A stretch of DNA of 47,873 bases. Origin: an uncultured Holophagales bacterium (GTDB taxonomy: Bacteria; Acidobacteriota; Thermoanaerobaculia; UBA5066). The translations under genes were made by a program, and so were the position numbers. How positions within the stretch are numbered: the stretch's first letter is position 1; every line of letters begins with the position of its first letter. Under the pieces are notes generated by a model that did not search any database, had not been told where the DNA came from, and was given only the letters and a program-made list of their open reading frames with translations. The DNA lies in the NCBI GenBank assembly GCA_964384675.1, contig CAYLNK010000009.1:1-47873 (forward strand). The letters are read 5' to 3'. Below are positions 33,113 through 42,711 of this stretch, in pieces.

Positions 33113-36100
33113 CTATCTGCCGCGGAGGAGCTGCTCGAGCGCCGCCCGGGCCGAGGCCTCCTCGGGGTCCAGCTCCAGCGCCCTCTGATACGCCACCTGG
33201 GCGTCCCCGGCGGCCCCGGCCAGGAGGAGGACGTCCCCGAACGCTTTCCAGGTGCCGGCCTCGGGCGGGATCAGCCCCGCCACCGCCTTCAGCTGCTCCT
33301 GGGCGTCCGGGACTCGCTGCGCCGAGACGAGCGCCCGGGCGGCCCCGAACCTCAGACCGAGGTCCGTGGGCGACGCCTGGACGCCCCGGAGGAGGAACGG
33401 GAGGGCCTCGGCGTCACGCCCGGCCTGGAGAAGCAGCGAACCCAGGGCTCCGTTCACGGAAGCGGGCGGGGTCGGGAGCGTCAGGGCCTCCCGCAACGCC
33501 GCCTCCGCCTCCTCGGACGCGCCCAGCGCCCCGGCCGTACGGGAGAGGCCCAGGATCGCCTCCTCGTCACCCCGGTCGAGCGCGAGGGCCGCCCGGAACG
33601 CGGCGGCCGAATCCTGGAGCCGTCCCGTGCGCTCGTACTGGTTGGCGAGGCCGATCCGGAACTTGGCGTCCGACGGATCGAGGGCGACGGCCCTTTCCAT
33701 CAGCTCGATCCCGGCGTCGAGCCGCTCCAGCGACGCGTAGCCGAAGCCGAGGAGGTAGAGCGGCCGCGCGGGCAGCGACGCCTCCTCGAGGCCGGTGAGG
33801 CGCGCGGGAAAGCGGCGGGTCTGGAGCTTCCGGAGCGCCTGGTCCGTCGCCTCGGTGTTGTCGAGGTAGAGCTGGCGCGGCGTCCGGAACTCGATCTCGG
33901 GGTGGTCGTCCGTGTGGATGCCGGCACGTCCGGCCAGGCGCGCCAGGTCGTCCCCGTCCAGGAGGAACGCCGCGAAGACGGCCACCGGGTCCCAGATCCC
34001 GATCGATCGCAGGTCCTCGCCCACGCCGGGGATCTCGAGCTTCTTCCGGAGCGTCTCGAGGGGGAGCGGGGCCGCGTCGCGCCCCACCAGGAGGATGTCC
34101 GACCGGGAAAGGCGCCACAGGGACGCGTCGGGAAAGACCGCCCGCATCGTCGCGGCCAGGATCCGGAGCTCCTCGACGGTCAGGGAGTGGGTGTGGAGCC
34201 ACTGCGCGAAGACGCCGCCGGGCTTCAGCCGTTTCCGGGCGAGCGAGTAGAACTCCTTGGTGAAGAGGTTGCCGACGCCGGCGACCCACAGGTCGGACGG
34301 GTCGGCGATGATCACGTCGTACCGCGCCGGTCGGGCGAGGAGCGCGTTGCGCCCGTCGGCGACCCGGTACGACACCCGCGGGTCCGAGAGGATCCCCCGG
34401 TTCACCGAGTCGAAGAGCTCGATCGCCCCCCGGCCCTTGGCCTCGATGTCGAAGATCTCGATCGACCGGACCGGGTAGCGCGCGGCCGCGGCCGCGCTCG
34501 CGCCCGTTCCGAGCCCGAGCACGAAGACGTCCGCGTTCGCCGGGTCGGGGTGGAGCAGCATCGGCACCTGTCCGATCAGCACCTGCACCGCCAGGTCGTG
34601 CGGATGGGTCGAGGCGTCGGTCTTCCCGTTCGAGCGGTAGAAGAGGTGGCCGTCGCTGCGGTCCACGGAGATGGTGGTGTTGAGACCGTCCGCGTAGTAC
34701 AGCACCTCGGACCGCACGGCCCCCGCCCGCCACGCCTGGGCGGAGGCGAGCTGCGGTGCGCTGAAGCCGGCGCCGCTCGCGAGGAGCTGCTTCGACCAGG
34801 GCGGGACGAGCGCGCCCAGGAGGAGACCGCCCAGAAGCGTGCCGGTCGCGACCCGGCGCAGGGTCACGTCGGCCGCCGGCGCGGCGACCCGGGCGGCGAG
34901 CGCCGCGATCCCGACGAGGGCGAGGAGCGTCTCCCGCAGGCCCAGCCCGGGGACGAGGACGAAGCCCGCGAGGAGCGAGCCGGCCACGGTGCCCGCCGTG
35001 TTCGCGACCGTGACCCGACCGAGAGACCGGCCGACGTGCTCCGCCGAAGAGACCGCGGTCGCGATGGCCGGGAACGACAGGCCGAAGAGCACGGACGGCA
35101 CCAGGCAGAGCACGGCGCCGACGAAGACCTGGGCCGCCAGCACGCGGCCGAACGCCGTGTGGTCCGCCGGGAAGAGCTCGACGAAGAGGCCGCCCAGGGA
35201 CGCCGCGAAGAACGTCGAGAAGAGGACCCAGGCCGCGATCCCGAGCTGCGCCCAGACGAACGCGCGCCGGGCCTCCCTCCCCGAGGGACGGAGCCGGCCC
35301 AGGAGCGCGCTCCCGGCGGCCGAGCCGGCGAGGAAGACCAGCACGACGACGCCGAACGCGTAGACCGAGCTGCCGATCGAGAGGACGAGGATCCGCGACC
35401 AGGCGACCTCGCCCACCATCGCGGCGAAGCCGGAGAGCGCGGTGCCGAGGAGAAGAGGCCACACCTCGGTCCCCACGTCGCGCGAGACGGATCCGGCCGC
35501 GACGGGCCGGACCGGGGCAGGACGGGCCGTGGGCTCCCCGGTCGTCGCGGCGCGCACCGCCCAGGCGAGGGCGGCGGCGCCGAGATTGAGCGAGAGCGCG
35601 ACGAGCTCCGTTCCACGCTGCCCGAGGCGCGGCAGCAACGCCACGAGCACCAGGGCGATCCCGCCCGCGGCGCCCACCGTGTTGGCCGCGTAGAGCTGGG
35701 AGAGCTTCTCGCCGAGTCGCTCGTCTCCGCGGGTGACCGCGCGCGCCACCAGCGGGTACGTGCCGCCCATCAGCGTCGTGGCCGGCAGGAGCACGATCGC
35801 GACGAGCACGGCCTGGGCGACCAGGAACAGCGCCGGCACACGCTCCAGCGCCGGATAGAGACGCAGGTAGAGGGGCGCGACGGCGGCGAGGAGGAGCGGC
35901 ACGACGAGGCCCGAGAGCCCGATGCCGGCCTCCACCGCGGCGTAGAGACCCAGGGTGCGCCGCGGGTCGAGCCGGTCGGCCCGGGACCCGAGGAGCCACG
36001 CGCCGAGCGCGAGGCCGCCCATGAAGACGGCGAGCACGGTGGCCGTCGCCAACGTCGTCGAACCGAAGACGAACGTGATGCGCCGGATCCAGACCACCTG

Positions 36101-36193
36101 GAAGACGAGGGCGGCGGCCCCCGACAGGACCGCGGCCGCCAGCAGGCCGGCGGGAACGCGGCTCTCCGTGGGCGGGGGCACCATGGGCGACAT
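33113..36193 (-). CDS. Fused polytopic membrane (MFS-like) / spermidine-synthase-like (aminopropyltransferase fold) / TPR-repeat protein
   Basis: About 480 aa of TM helices. SpeE-like core ...IEIFDIE...VIIADPSDLWVAGVGNLFTKEFYSLARKRLKPGGVFAQW. C-terminal TPR repeats. 1026 aa. Confidence 0.75.
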   Translation of the reverse strand: MSPMVPPPTESRVPAGLLAAAVLSGAAALVFQVVWIRRITFVFGSTTLATATVLAVFMGGLALGAWLLGSRADRLDPRRTLGLYAAVEAGIGLSGLVVPLLLAAVAPLYLRLYPALERVPALFLVAQAVLVAIVLLPATTLMGGTYPLVARAVTRGDERLGEKLSQLYAANTVGAAGGIALVLVALLPRLGQRGTELVALSLNLGAAALAWAVRAATTGEPTARPAPVRPVAAGSVSRDVGTEVWPLLLGTALSGFAAMVGEVAWSRILVLSIGSSVYAFGVVVLVFLAGSAAGSALLGRLRPSGREARRAFVWAQLGIAAWVLFSTFFAASLGGLFVELFPADHTAFGRVLAAQVFVGAVLCLVPSVLFGLSFPAIATAVSSAEHVGRSLGRVTVANTAGTVAGSLLAGFVLVPGLGLRETLLALVGIAALAARVAAPAADVTLRRVATGTLLGGLLLGALVPPWSKQLLASGAGFSAPQLASAQAWRAGAVRSEVLYYADGLNTTISVDRSDGHLFYRSNGKTDASTHPHDLAVQVLIGQVPMLLHPDPANADVFVLGLGTGASAAAAARYPVRSIEIFDIEAKGRGAIELFDSVNRGILSDPRVSYRVADGRNALLARPARYDVIIADPSDLWVAGVGNLFTKEFYSLARKRLKPGGVFAQWLHTHSLTVEELRILAATMRAVFPDASLWRLSRSDILLVGRDAAPLPLETLRKKLEIPGVGEDLRSIGIWDPVAVFAAFLLDGDDLARLAGRAGIHTDDHPEIEFRTPRQLYLDNTEATDQALRKLQTRRFPARLTGLEEASLPARPLYLLGFGYASLERLDAGIELMERAVALDPSDAKFRIGLANQYERTGRLQDSAAAFRAALALDRGDEEAILGLSRTAGALGASEEAEAALREALTLPTPPASVNGALGSLLLQAGRDAEALPFLLRGVQASPTDLGLRFGAARALVSAQRVPDAQEQLKAVAGLIPPEAGTWKAFGDVLLLAGAAGDAQVAYQRALELDPEEASARAALEQLLRGR

Positions 36194-36408
36194 GCTACCC
36201 GCCCGCCGGTCCGATTCGCCTTGACGCCGTCACGGGCGGGCACCAGATTCTCCACATGACACGCTCGATCTGGACCGTTCCGGTGCTCTGCAACGGCGAC
36301 ACGCACGACGACGCGAAACCCGTCGTGCCCGCCGGCACGCCGTAGAACGTCCGTCGTTCGTTCTCGCTCGACGCAATCCGATCTCCCGACCTCTCGAAAG
36401 GAGCTCCC

Positions 36409-38451
36409 GTGCTCACCGTGTTCGGTCCCTGGACCGTCCCCGTCTATGTCCTCGGCCTCGCCCTGCTGGGCCTCCACCTCTTCCTCCGCTACATCCCGAA
36501 CGACCGTGCCGGGATCGTCGAGAAGCTCTTCAGCTCGAAGGGCTCCGTGCCAGGAGGGCTCATCGCCCTCCACGGCGAGTCCGGCTTCCAGCCCGAGGTC
36601 CTGCGCGGCGGCTGGCACGTCCTCTTCCGCTTCCAGTACCGGATCCACCGCGTGCCGCTGGTGACGATCCCGCAGGGGAAGATCGGCTACCTCTTCGCGC
36701 GGGACGGCCGCCCGCTTCCCGCGGGCCAGGCCCTGGCCTCGAACGAATCGGCCCGCGACGTCGAGGACGTGCGCGCGTTCCTCGCCAAGGGCGGGCAGAA
36801 GGGCCCGCAGCGGATGATCCTCCGCGAGGGGACGTACGCCCTCAACCTCGCGCAGTTCGTCGTGCTGGCCGAGTCGGGGGCCCTCTACCTGCCCCTCGAC
36901 CACCAGGAGGCGGAGTCGTTCAAGCGGATGGGCCAGCTCGTGGCGGAGCGGCAAGGCTTCGCGCCGATCGTGATCAAGGGCGCCGACGACCTGCTCGGCG
37001 TGGTCACCGTGCACGACGGCCCGTCGCTCGCGCAGGGGGAGATCATCGCGCCCACGGTGGGGGACGACCCGCGCAGCGAGGCGACGTTCCACAACAACTT
37101 CCAGGACCCGGAGCGTTTCCTCCGCGCCGGCGGCTACCGCGGCCGACAGCTGCAGGTGCTCGTGGAGGGGACGTACTACGTCAACCGGCTCTTCGCGACG
37201 GTCGAGATGATCCCGAAGACGGTCATCGAGGTCGGCAACGCCGGCGTCGTCGTCTCGTACGTGGGCGAGGCGGGCATCGACGTCTCCGGCTCGAAGTACA
37301 AGCACGGCGAGCTGGTGGTCGAGGGGACCCGGGGCGTCTGGGAGACGCCTCTCCTGCCGGGCAAGTACGCGTTCAACACGTACGCCGGCAAGGTGGTCGT
37401 GGTCCCGACGACCAACATCATCCTGAAGTGGGTGCGGAGCGAGACGGGCTCGCACAAGCTCGACGAGAACCTCTCCGAGGTCGGCCTCATCACCAAGGAC
37501 GCCTTCGAGCCGTCGCTCCCCCTCTCGGTCGTCCTCCACATCGACTACAAGAAGGCCCCGCTCGTCATCCAGCGCTTCGGGGACATCCGGCGACTCGTGG
37601 AGCAGACCCTCGACCCGATGGTCTCGGCCTACTTCAAGAACATCGGGCAGACCCGCACCCTGATCCAGCTCATCCAGGACCGGAGCGCGATCCAGGCGCT
37701 CGCCGGCGAGCAGATGAAGGAGAAGTTCACCCACTACAACCTCGAGCTCGAGGAGGTGCTGATCGGGACGCCCACGTCCGGCACCGGCGCGCAGATCGAG
37801 CAGATCCTCACCCAGCTCCGCTCGCGGCAGATCGCCGAGGAGCAGGTGGAGACCTACACGCGGCAGGAGAAGGCCGCGGTGAAGGAGCGCGAGCTGCGCG
37901 AGGCCGAGGCGCGCGCCCGCCAGCAGGCCGCGATGACCGAGTCGGAGATCTCCATCACCGTGCAGAGCAACCAGGGCAAGGCGGAGTACCAGCGCTCCAT
38001 CCAGCAGGCGGCCCAGATCCAGGCGCTGGCGGAGGCCGAGGGGCGGAAGGTGCGCATCCTGGCGGACGCCGAGGGCGGACGGATCAAGGCCATCGGCGAG
38101 GCCGAGGCCGACAAGGCGGCCCGGGTCGGCGTCGCGCAGGCGATCGCGATCGACGAGCAGGTGAAGGCGTACGGCGGCCCGCGTCTCCAGGTGACCCAGC
38201 AGGTGATGAGCCGCTTCGCCGAGGCGATCGAGCGGGCGCGCGTCGACATCGTCCCGAAGATCGTGATGGGCGGCGGCGGCGGGGGCGACGGGGCGTCGGG
38301 CGGCACCAACGTCCTGCAGGCGCTGCTCGGCGTCCTCCTGTCGGAGAAGCTGGGCGACTCGGTGCTGCCCGTCACCGGGAGGAGCCCGGAGGCGGACGGA
38401 TTGATGAAGCACCTCCGGCAGGGGCTGAAGGACCGGCCGCTCGAGGTCTGA
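36409..38451 (+). CDS. Flotillin / SPFH (band-7) domain protein (YqiK-like)
   Basis: GTG start 5 nt after AAAGGAG. N-terminal TM, SPFH domain and a long EA-rich coiled coil (AEAEGRKVRILADAEGGRIKAIGEAEA). 680 aa. Confidence 0.8.
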   Translation: MLTVFGPWTVPVYVLGLALLGLHLFLRYIPNDRAGIVEKLFSSKGSVPGGLIALHGESGFQPEVLRGGWHVLFRFQYRIHRVPLVTIPQGKIGYLFARDGRPLPAGQALASNESARDVEDVRAFLAKGGQKGPQRMILREGTYALNLAQFVVLAESGALYLPLDHQEAESFKRMGQLVAERQGFAPIVIKGADDLLGVVTVHDGPSLAQGEIIAPTVGDDPRSEATFHNNFQDPERFLRAGGYRGRQLQVLVEGTYYVNRLFATVEMIPKTVIEVGNAGVVVSYVGEAGIDVSGSKYKHGELVVEGTRGVWETPLLPGKYAFNTYAGKVVVVPTTNIILKWVRSETGSHKLDENLSEVGLITKDAFEPSLPLSVVLHIDYKKAPLVIQRFGDIRRLVEQTLDPMVSAYFKNIGQTRTLIQLIQDRSAIQALAGEQMKEKFTHYNLELEEVLIGTPTSGTGAQIEQILTQLRSRQIAEEQVETYTRQEKAAVKERELREAEARARQQAAMTESEISITVQSNQGKAEYQRSIQQAAQIQALAEAEGRKVRILADAEGGRIKAIGEAEADKAARVGVAQAIAIDEQVKAYGGPRLQVTQQVMSRFAEAIERARVDIVPKIVMGGGGGGDGASGGTNVLQALLGVLLSEKLGDSVLPVTGRSPEADGLMKHLRQGLKDRPLEV

Positions 38452-38499
38452 CGGAAGTCGTGGGGGGCCGGAGCGGCGGCGCCCCGGCCCCCCCACGCG

Positions 38500-39651
38500 T
38501 CAGGCCGCGTCGCGCAGGAGCTGCACGATCGAACGCCGCGTCAGGCTCAGGGAGGGAATCAGCCCCGCGCCGACGGTGAGGAGGATCGAGATCCCGAGCG
38601 AGAGGACGGCCACGGTCGCGTTCGGCTTCAGGAGCGACCCGAGGCCCGCCATCGCCGTCGTCTCGAGCGCCCGGTTCAGGACCTTCCCGAAGAGGCTGGC
38701 GAGGCCAGTCCCCAGGGCCGCGCCGAGGAGCCCGTAGATCGCCGCCTCGACCAGCAGGAGCCCCGCCACGGTCCCCTTCTGGAAGCCGAGGATCCGGAGG
38801 AGGGCCGCCTGGCCTCGCCTCTCCCGCGCCGCCATCGCCAGGGTGTTGCCGGTGATCAGGAGGAGCGCGAACGCCGTGGCGAGCCCGATCGAGCCGAGGA
38901 GCGCCTTCACGTTCCCGAGCATCTGCATGAAGCTGAGCTGCCACTGCTTCTCGGTCATCGCCTGGATCGGGACGGGCGCGTTGGTGAACGCCTCGTCGAT
39001 CGCCTGCGTGACCGGGACGACGTCGTCCCGGGTCTTGGCGAGGATCCAGAACATCGCCGCCTGCCCCTCGTTTCCGGAAAGGCCTTCGAAGTACCGGCGG
39101 TGGACGTAGACGCCGTTGTCGAGGTCGTACTGCATCACGGCACGGACCGTCGTCTCCACCACGCCGCCCTTCACCGGAGCCTTCAGGACGATCCGGTCGC
39201 CCACCTTCCAGCCGTACTTCTTCACCAGGATCTTCCCGATCATGGCGCCGGTCGGATCGGCCAGGAACGCAGCTCGCTCCGGCTCCGACAGCTTCGCCTC
39301 CTTGTAGACGTTCAGGAGGTGCTCGACCGGCGAGGCGCTCACCGGGACCTGGTTCTCGGGCCGGTCGTCGCGGTAGGAGCCGATCAGGAAGTCGAACGGG
39401 GCCACGTCCAGGACGCCCGGCGTGGCCTCGATCTTCGACAGGTAGGCCATCGGGATCTTGTCGAAAAAACCGGTCTTGGCGATCACCACCACGCGCTGCC
39501 CGACGAACGGCGAGAAGTCGTTCTTGAGCGCCTCGTCGAGGAGGACCAGGAACGACAGGAGCCCCACCGAGAACGACACGGCGACCACGGTGAGGACCGC
39601 TCGCAGCGGCCGGGCCCGAAGCTGTCTGAGGGCCAGGCCGCCGAGCGTCAT
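38500..39651 (-). CDS. ABC transporter permease, FtsX family (no cognate ATPase adjacent)
   Basis: N-terminal TM, periplasmic domain and C-terminal FtsX-like four-TM module. 383 aa. Confidence 0.7.
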   Translation of the reverse strand: MTLGGLALRQLRARPLRAVLTVVAVSFSVGLLSFLVLLDEALKNDFSPFVGQRVVVIAKTGFFDKIPMAYLSKIEATPGVLDVAPFDFLIGSYRDDRPENQVPVSASPVEHLLNVYKEAKLSEPERAAFLADPTGAMIGKILVKKYGWKVGDRIVLKAPVKGGVVETTVRAVMQYDLDNGVYVHRRYFEGLSGNEGQAAMFWILAKTRDDVVPVTQAIDEAFTNAPVPIQAMTEKQWQLSFMQMLGNVKALLGSIGLATAFALLLITGNTLAMAARERRGQAALLRILGFQKGTVAGLLLVEAAIYGLLGAALGTGLASLFGKVLNRALETTAMAGLGSLLKPNATVAVLSLGISILLTVGAGLIPSLSLTRRSIVQLLRDAA

Positions 39652-39666
39652 CGTGGGATCAGGGCC

Positions 39667-40671
39667 TCAGGGCACCATCCGCTTGGCGAGGTCGCGGCAG
39701 CGGCAGGCGTAGCCCCACTCGTTGTCGTACCAGGCGAAGACCTTGACGAGGTTCCCGAGGAGAACCCGGGTGAGCGGCGCATCGACGATGGCGGACGACG
39801 CGACGCCGATGAAGTCGACCGAGACGAGCGGCTCGCGGCTCACCTCCAGGATGCCCTTGAGCGGACCGTCGGCCGCGGCCTCGTCGAACGCGGCGTTGAT
39901 CTCGTTCACGGTCGTCGACTTCTCGAGCTCGAGGACGAAGTCGATCAGCGAGACGTCCTCGGTCGGGACGCGCACCGCCAGCCCGTCGAACTTCCCCTGC
40001 AGCTCCGGCAGCACCAGGCCGATGGCCGCGGCCGCCCCGGTCTTCGTCGGGATCATCGACATCCCCGCCGCCCGGCCGCGCCGGAGGTCCTTGTGGGGGA
40101 GGTCGAGCAGCCGCTGGTCGTTCGTCATCGAGTGCGTCGTCGACAGGAAGCCGCGCCGGATGCCGAACTTCTCGTGCAGCACCTTGGCGACCGGCGCCGC
40201 GCAGTTCGTGGTGCACGACGCGTTCGAGACGATCTTGTGCTTCTCGGGATCGTACAGGTGGTCGTTCACGCCCAGGACCACCGTGAGATCCGGGTCCTCG
40301 GCCGGGGCGCTCACCATGACCCGGGGAGCCCCCGCAGTCAGGTGCTTGCTCACGTCCGCACGGCTCGTGAACTTGCCCGTCGACTCGATGACGAGGTCGA
40401 CGCCCAGCCCCTCCCAGGGGATCTTCGCCGGGTCCTTCTCGCTCAGGATCCGGATGCGATCCCCCGCCACGACGAGGTCGTTCCCTTCGATGTCGACCGG
40501 CCGTCCGAAGCGGCCGTGCACCGAGTCGTAGCGCAGGAGATGCGCCATCGTGCCGATGTCGGTGATCTCGTTGATGGCGGCGAAATCGAACGAGGCGTCC
40601 CCCAGGCAGCACCTCACCAGGGCCCGTCCGATCCGCCCGAAACCGTTGATGCCGACTCGAATCTTCCGCAT
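39667..40671 (-). CDS. gap: Glyceraldehyde-3-phosphate dehydrogenase (type I)
   Basis: INGFGRIGR NAD-binding motif and active-site SCTTNCAAP. 334 aa. Confidence 0.9.
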   Translation of the reverse strand: MRKIRVGINGFGRIGRALVRCCLGDASFDFAAINEITDIGTMAHLLRYDSVHGRFGRPVDIEGNDLVVAGDRIRILSEKDPAKIPWEGLGVDLVIESTGKFTSRADVSKHLTAGAPRVMVSAPAEDPDLTVVLGVNDHLYDPEKHKIVSNASCTTNCAAPVAKVLHEKFGIRRGFLSTTHSMTNDQRLLDLPHKDLRRGRAAGMSMIPTKTGAAAAIGLVLPELQGKFDGLAVRVPTEDVSLIDFVLELEKSTTVNEINAAFDEAAADGPLKGILEVSREPLVSVDFIGVASSAIVDAPLTRVLLGNLVKVFAWYDNEWGYACRCRDLAKRMVP

Positions 40672-40742
40672 GGACCGATCTTACGTCCGCGGGGACCGCC
40701 CGGGCGCGCCGGGTCCCTGATGCATTTGGGGGATGCCGGGGC

Positions 40743-42641
40743 TCATTTCTCCCGGAACGTCTTCAGGTCGATCTGGGCCGCGAGGAGCTTGCGGAAGTCC
40801 TCCGCCGGGATCGAGGCGACCTGGCGCCCCGTCTCGAACTCGATGGCGTGCAACGCCTTGGCCCACACCAGCTCGCGGCGGGCGATCTCGTCGAGGTCCC
40901 GCACCTTGCCGAACTCCTGCACGAACTTGTTGTGCCGGCAGAGCATCCGGAACGCGTGCTCGGTGCTGGGGCGCCGGATCGGCAGTCCCAGGATCCGCAC
41001 GTCGTTCCCGACGTCGTGGATCGGCTGCCCCCATTCGCCGTAGCCGCCGAAGATCGTCCCGAGCTTCTCGAGCGCGTTGGCGAGCTTCGGCTCGTTCATC
41101 CTCTCGAGGGCCGCCTTCACGATCGGGAGGGTCAGGTTCCGGAAGAGGGTCGGGTCGGTGAGCCGGACATTGATCCCGATCTCCTCGCGGGTGATCCGGA
41201 TGATGTCCTCCGTCCGGATCCGGTTGTCGGTCGCGAGGTGGATCCGCTCGCCGATCGCCTCCGGCACGGTGAGCGCCGCCACGATCCCCTGGCAGACGCG
41301 GTCCACCGGCACCAGGTTCAGCTCCGCCGTGCCGTCCCCGGGGAAGCTCAGCGCCACCGCTCCGATCGCCCACGCCTTGCCGCGGCCGACGAGGTCCCCC
41401 TGCAGCTTGTCGGTCGCCTCCTTGGAGCGCCCGAAGGCGTTGACCGGCGCGTTGAGCACCTTGGTGTCGCCGTAGTTGTTCCCGTTCTCGGAGTGCCCGA
41501 TGACGATGGACGGCAGGAGCTGAGCCACGCGCAGCCCCTTCTCGATCATGAACTTGTCGGTCTCGATCGAGGCCATCGCCTTGGTCAGCTCGTAGAAGTT
41601 GTTGTAGAAGTTCCGCGGGAAGACGAGCCCGCTCTCCTGCGCGATCGAGCGCTTCTTCCGCCCGTGGATGTACGACGTCTCGATGGCGATGTGGTGGATG
41701 AAGCGGGAGCCCTTCGCCGACTGCACCGACATCGCGAAGTCGAGCGCGTTCTTGCAGCCCATCACGTTGGCCCGGTACGAGTTCTCGTAGGTGTCGTCGA
41801 ACGAGACGCTGGCCGCGCAGTGGATCGTGTTGGTGAGCGCCTTGCGGAGACGGTCCAGCTCGGCCGGGGCGATCCCGAGGTTCGGCTTCTCGACGTCGCC
41901 GTCCACGAACTCGAACTTCCGCGCCCTGGCGCCGGTGATGCCGAGCCGCTTCAGCAGGATCGCGCCCCGTTCCTTCGGCGAGAGGACCTTCACGACCTCC
42001 TTCGTCTTCGGATCGCGCACCTTCTCGGGCCGGACCACGCAGATCAGCTTCTCGACCCGCCGGTCGTCGAGCACCTGGACGATGATCTCCTTGCCCAGGA
42101 ACCCGGTGGCGCCGGTGAGGAGGACGTGCAGCTTCGGGCTCCGGCCCCGCGCCTTCAGCGCGGCCCGCGCGTCCCGCTGGGCCTTCTCCACCCGCGCCTT
42201 GACCTCTTTCTCCGAGAGGTGGGTCGGCTCGCGGAACTGGAAGAAGACGTCGCGATCGACGACCCCGATCAGCTTCTTCGCCTGCTTCTCCACGGCCCGG
42301 CTCCCGGTTGCCGACCCGAGCGAGTGGGCGAGCTTGGCGCCGAGCGAGTTCATCCTCTTCAGGCCGTCGCGGACCCCTTCCTCGTTGCCCGTCAGCTGGA
42401 TCAGCCGGCTGGCCACGAACTGCGCCGTCACGTCGATCGGGTTCTTGTCCCGGTGCGCGTGGACGAGGAGCTCCTCGGGGTCGATCGGCCGGAGGACCTC
42501 CTTCCGGGTGACGAGGCTGATCTTGGCGATGTACCGCGACGGGGAGCTTTCCCACATCATCTCGCCCTGCGGGTTCAAGGTGGGGCTCACCTGGGGCGCC
42601 TCGGAGGAGGCGGTCTTCGTCTGGGTCTCGGCGCTCGTCAT
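40743..42641 (-). CDS. Thioester-reductase (TD) / NAD_binding_4 domain SDR-family protein (fatty-acyl-CoA/aldehyde reductase-like)
   Basis: LLTGATGFLGKEI Rossmann motif about 190 aa in, male-sterility/TD-type domain, and about 150-aa N- and about 80-aa C-terminal extensions. 632 aa. Confidence 0.7.
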   Translation of the reverse strand: MTSAETQTKTASSEAPQVSPTLNPQGEMMWESSPSRYIAKISLVTRKEVLRPIDPEELLVHAHRDKNPIDVTAQFVASRLIQLTGNEEGVRDGLKRMNSLGAKLAHSLGSATGSRAVEKQAKKLIGVVDRDVFFQFREPTHLSEKEVKARVEKAQRDARAALKARGRSPKLHVLLTGATGFLGKEIIVQVLDDRRVEKLICVVRPEKVRDPKTKEVVKVLSPKERGAILLKRLGITGARARKFEFVDGDVEKPNLGIAPAELDRLRKALTNTIHCAASVSFDDTYENSYRANVMGCKNALDFAMSVQSAKGSRFIHHIAIETSYIHGRKKRSIAQESGLVFPRNFYNNFYELTKAMASIETDKFMIEKGLRVAQLLPSIVIGHSENGNNYGDTKVLNAPVNAFGRSKEATDKLQGDLVGRGKAWAIGAVALSFPGDGTAELNLVPVDRVCQGIVAALTVPEAIGERIHLATDNRIRTEDIIRITREEIGINVRLTDPTLFRNLTLPIVKAALERMNEPKLANALEKLGTIFGGYGEWGQPIHDVGNDVRILGLPIRRPSTEHAFRMLCRHNKFVQEFGKVRDLDEIARRELVWAKALHAIEFETGRQVASIPAEDFRKLLAAQIDLKTFREK

Positions 42642-42711
42642 CGGGTCCTCCGCGTCGGTTCGGTACGGCGGAGCTTAGCGGAACGGCCGCTCCGGCGCGG
42701 GGAGCGGGCCG

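Noticed and set aside
36194-36408. Possible small ORF, riboswitch or σ70 promoter (TTGACG…) in the flotillin/SpeE-fusion divergent region
   Set aside because: There are only short inverted repeats (CCCGCCCG/CGGGCGGG, CACGACG/CGTCGTG) and a weak -10 box, which is not enough to assign a feature.
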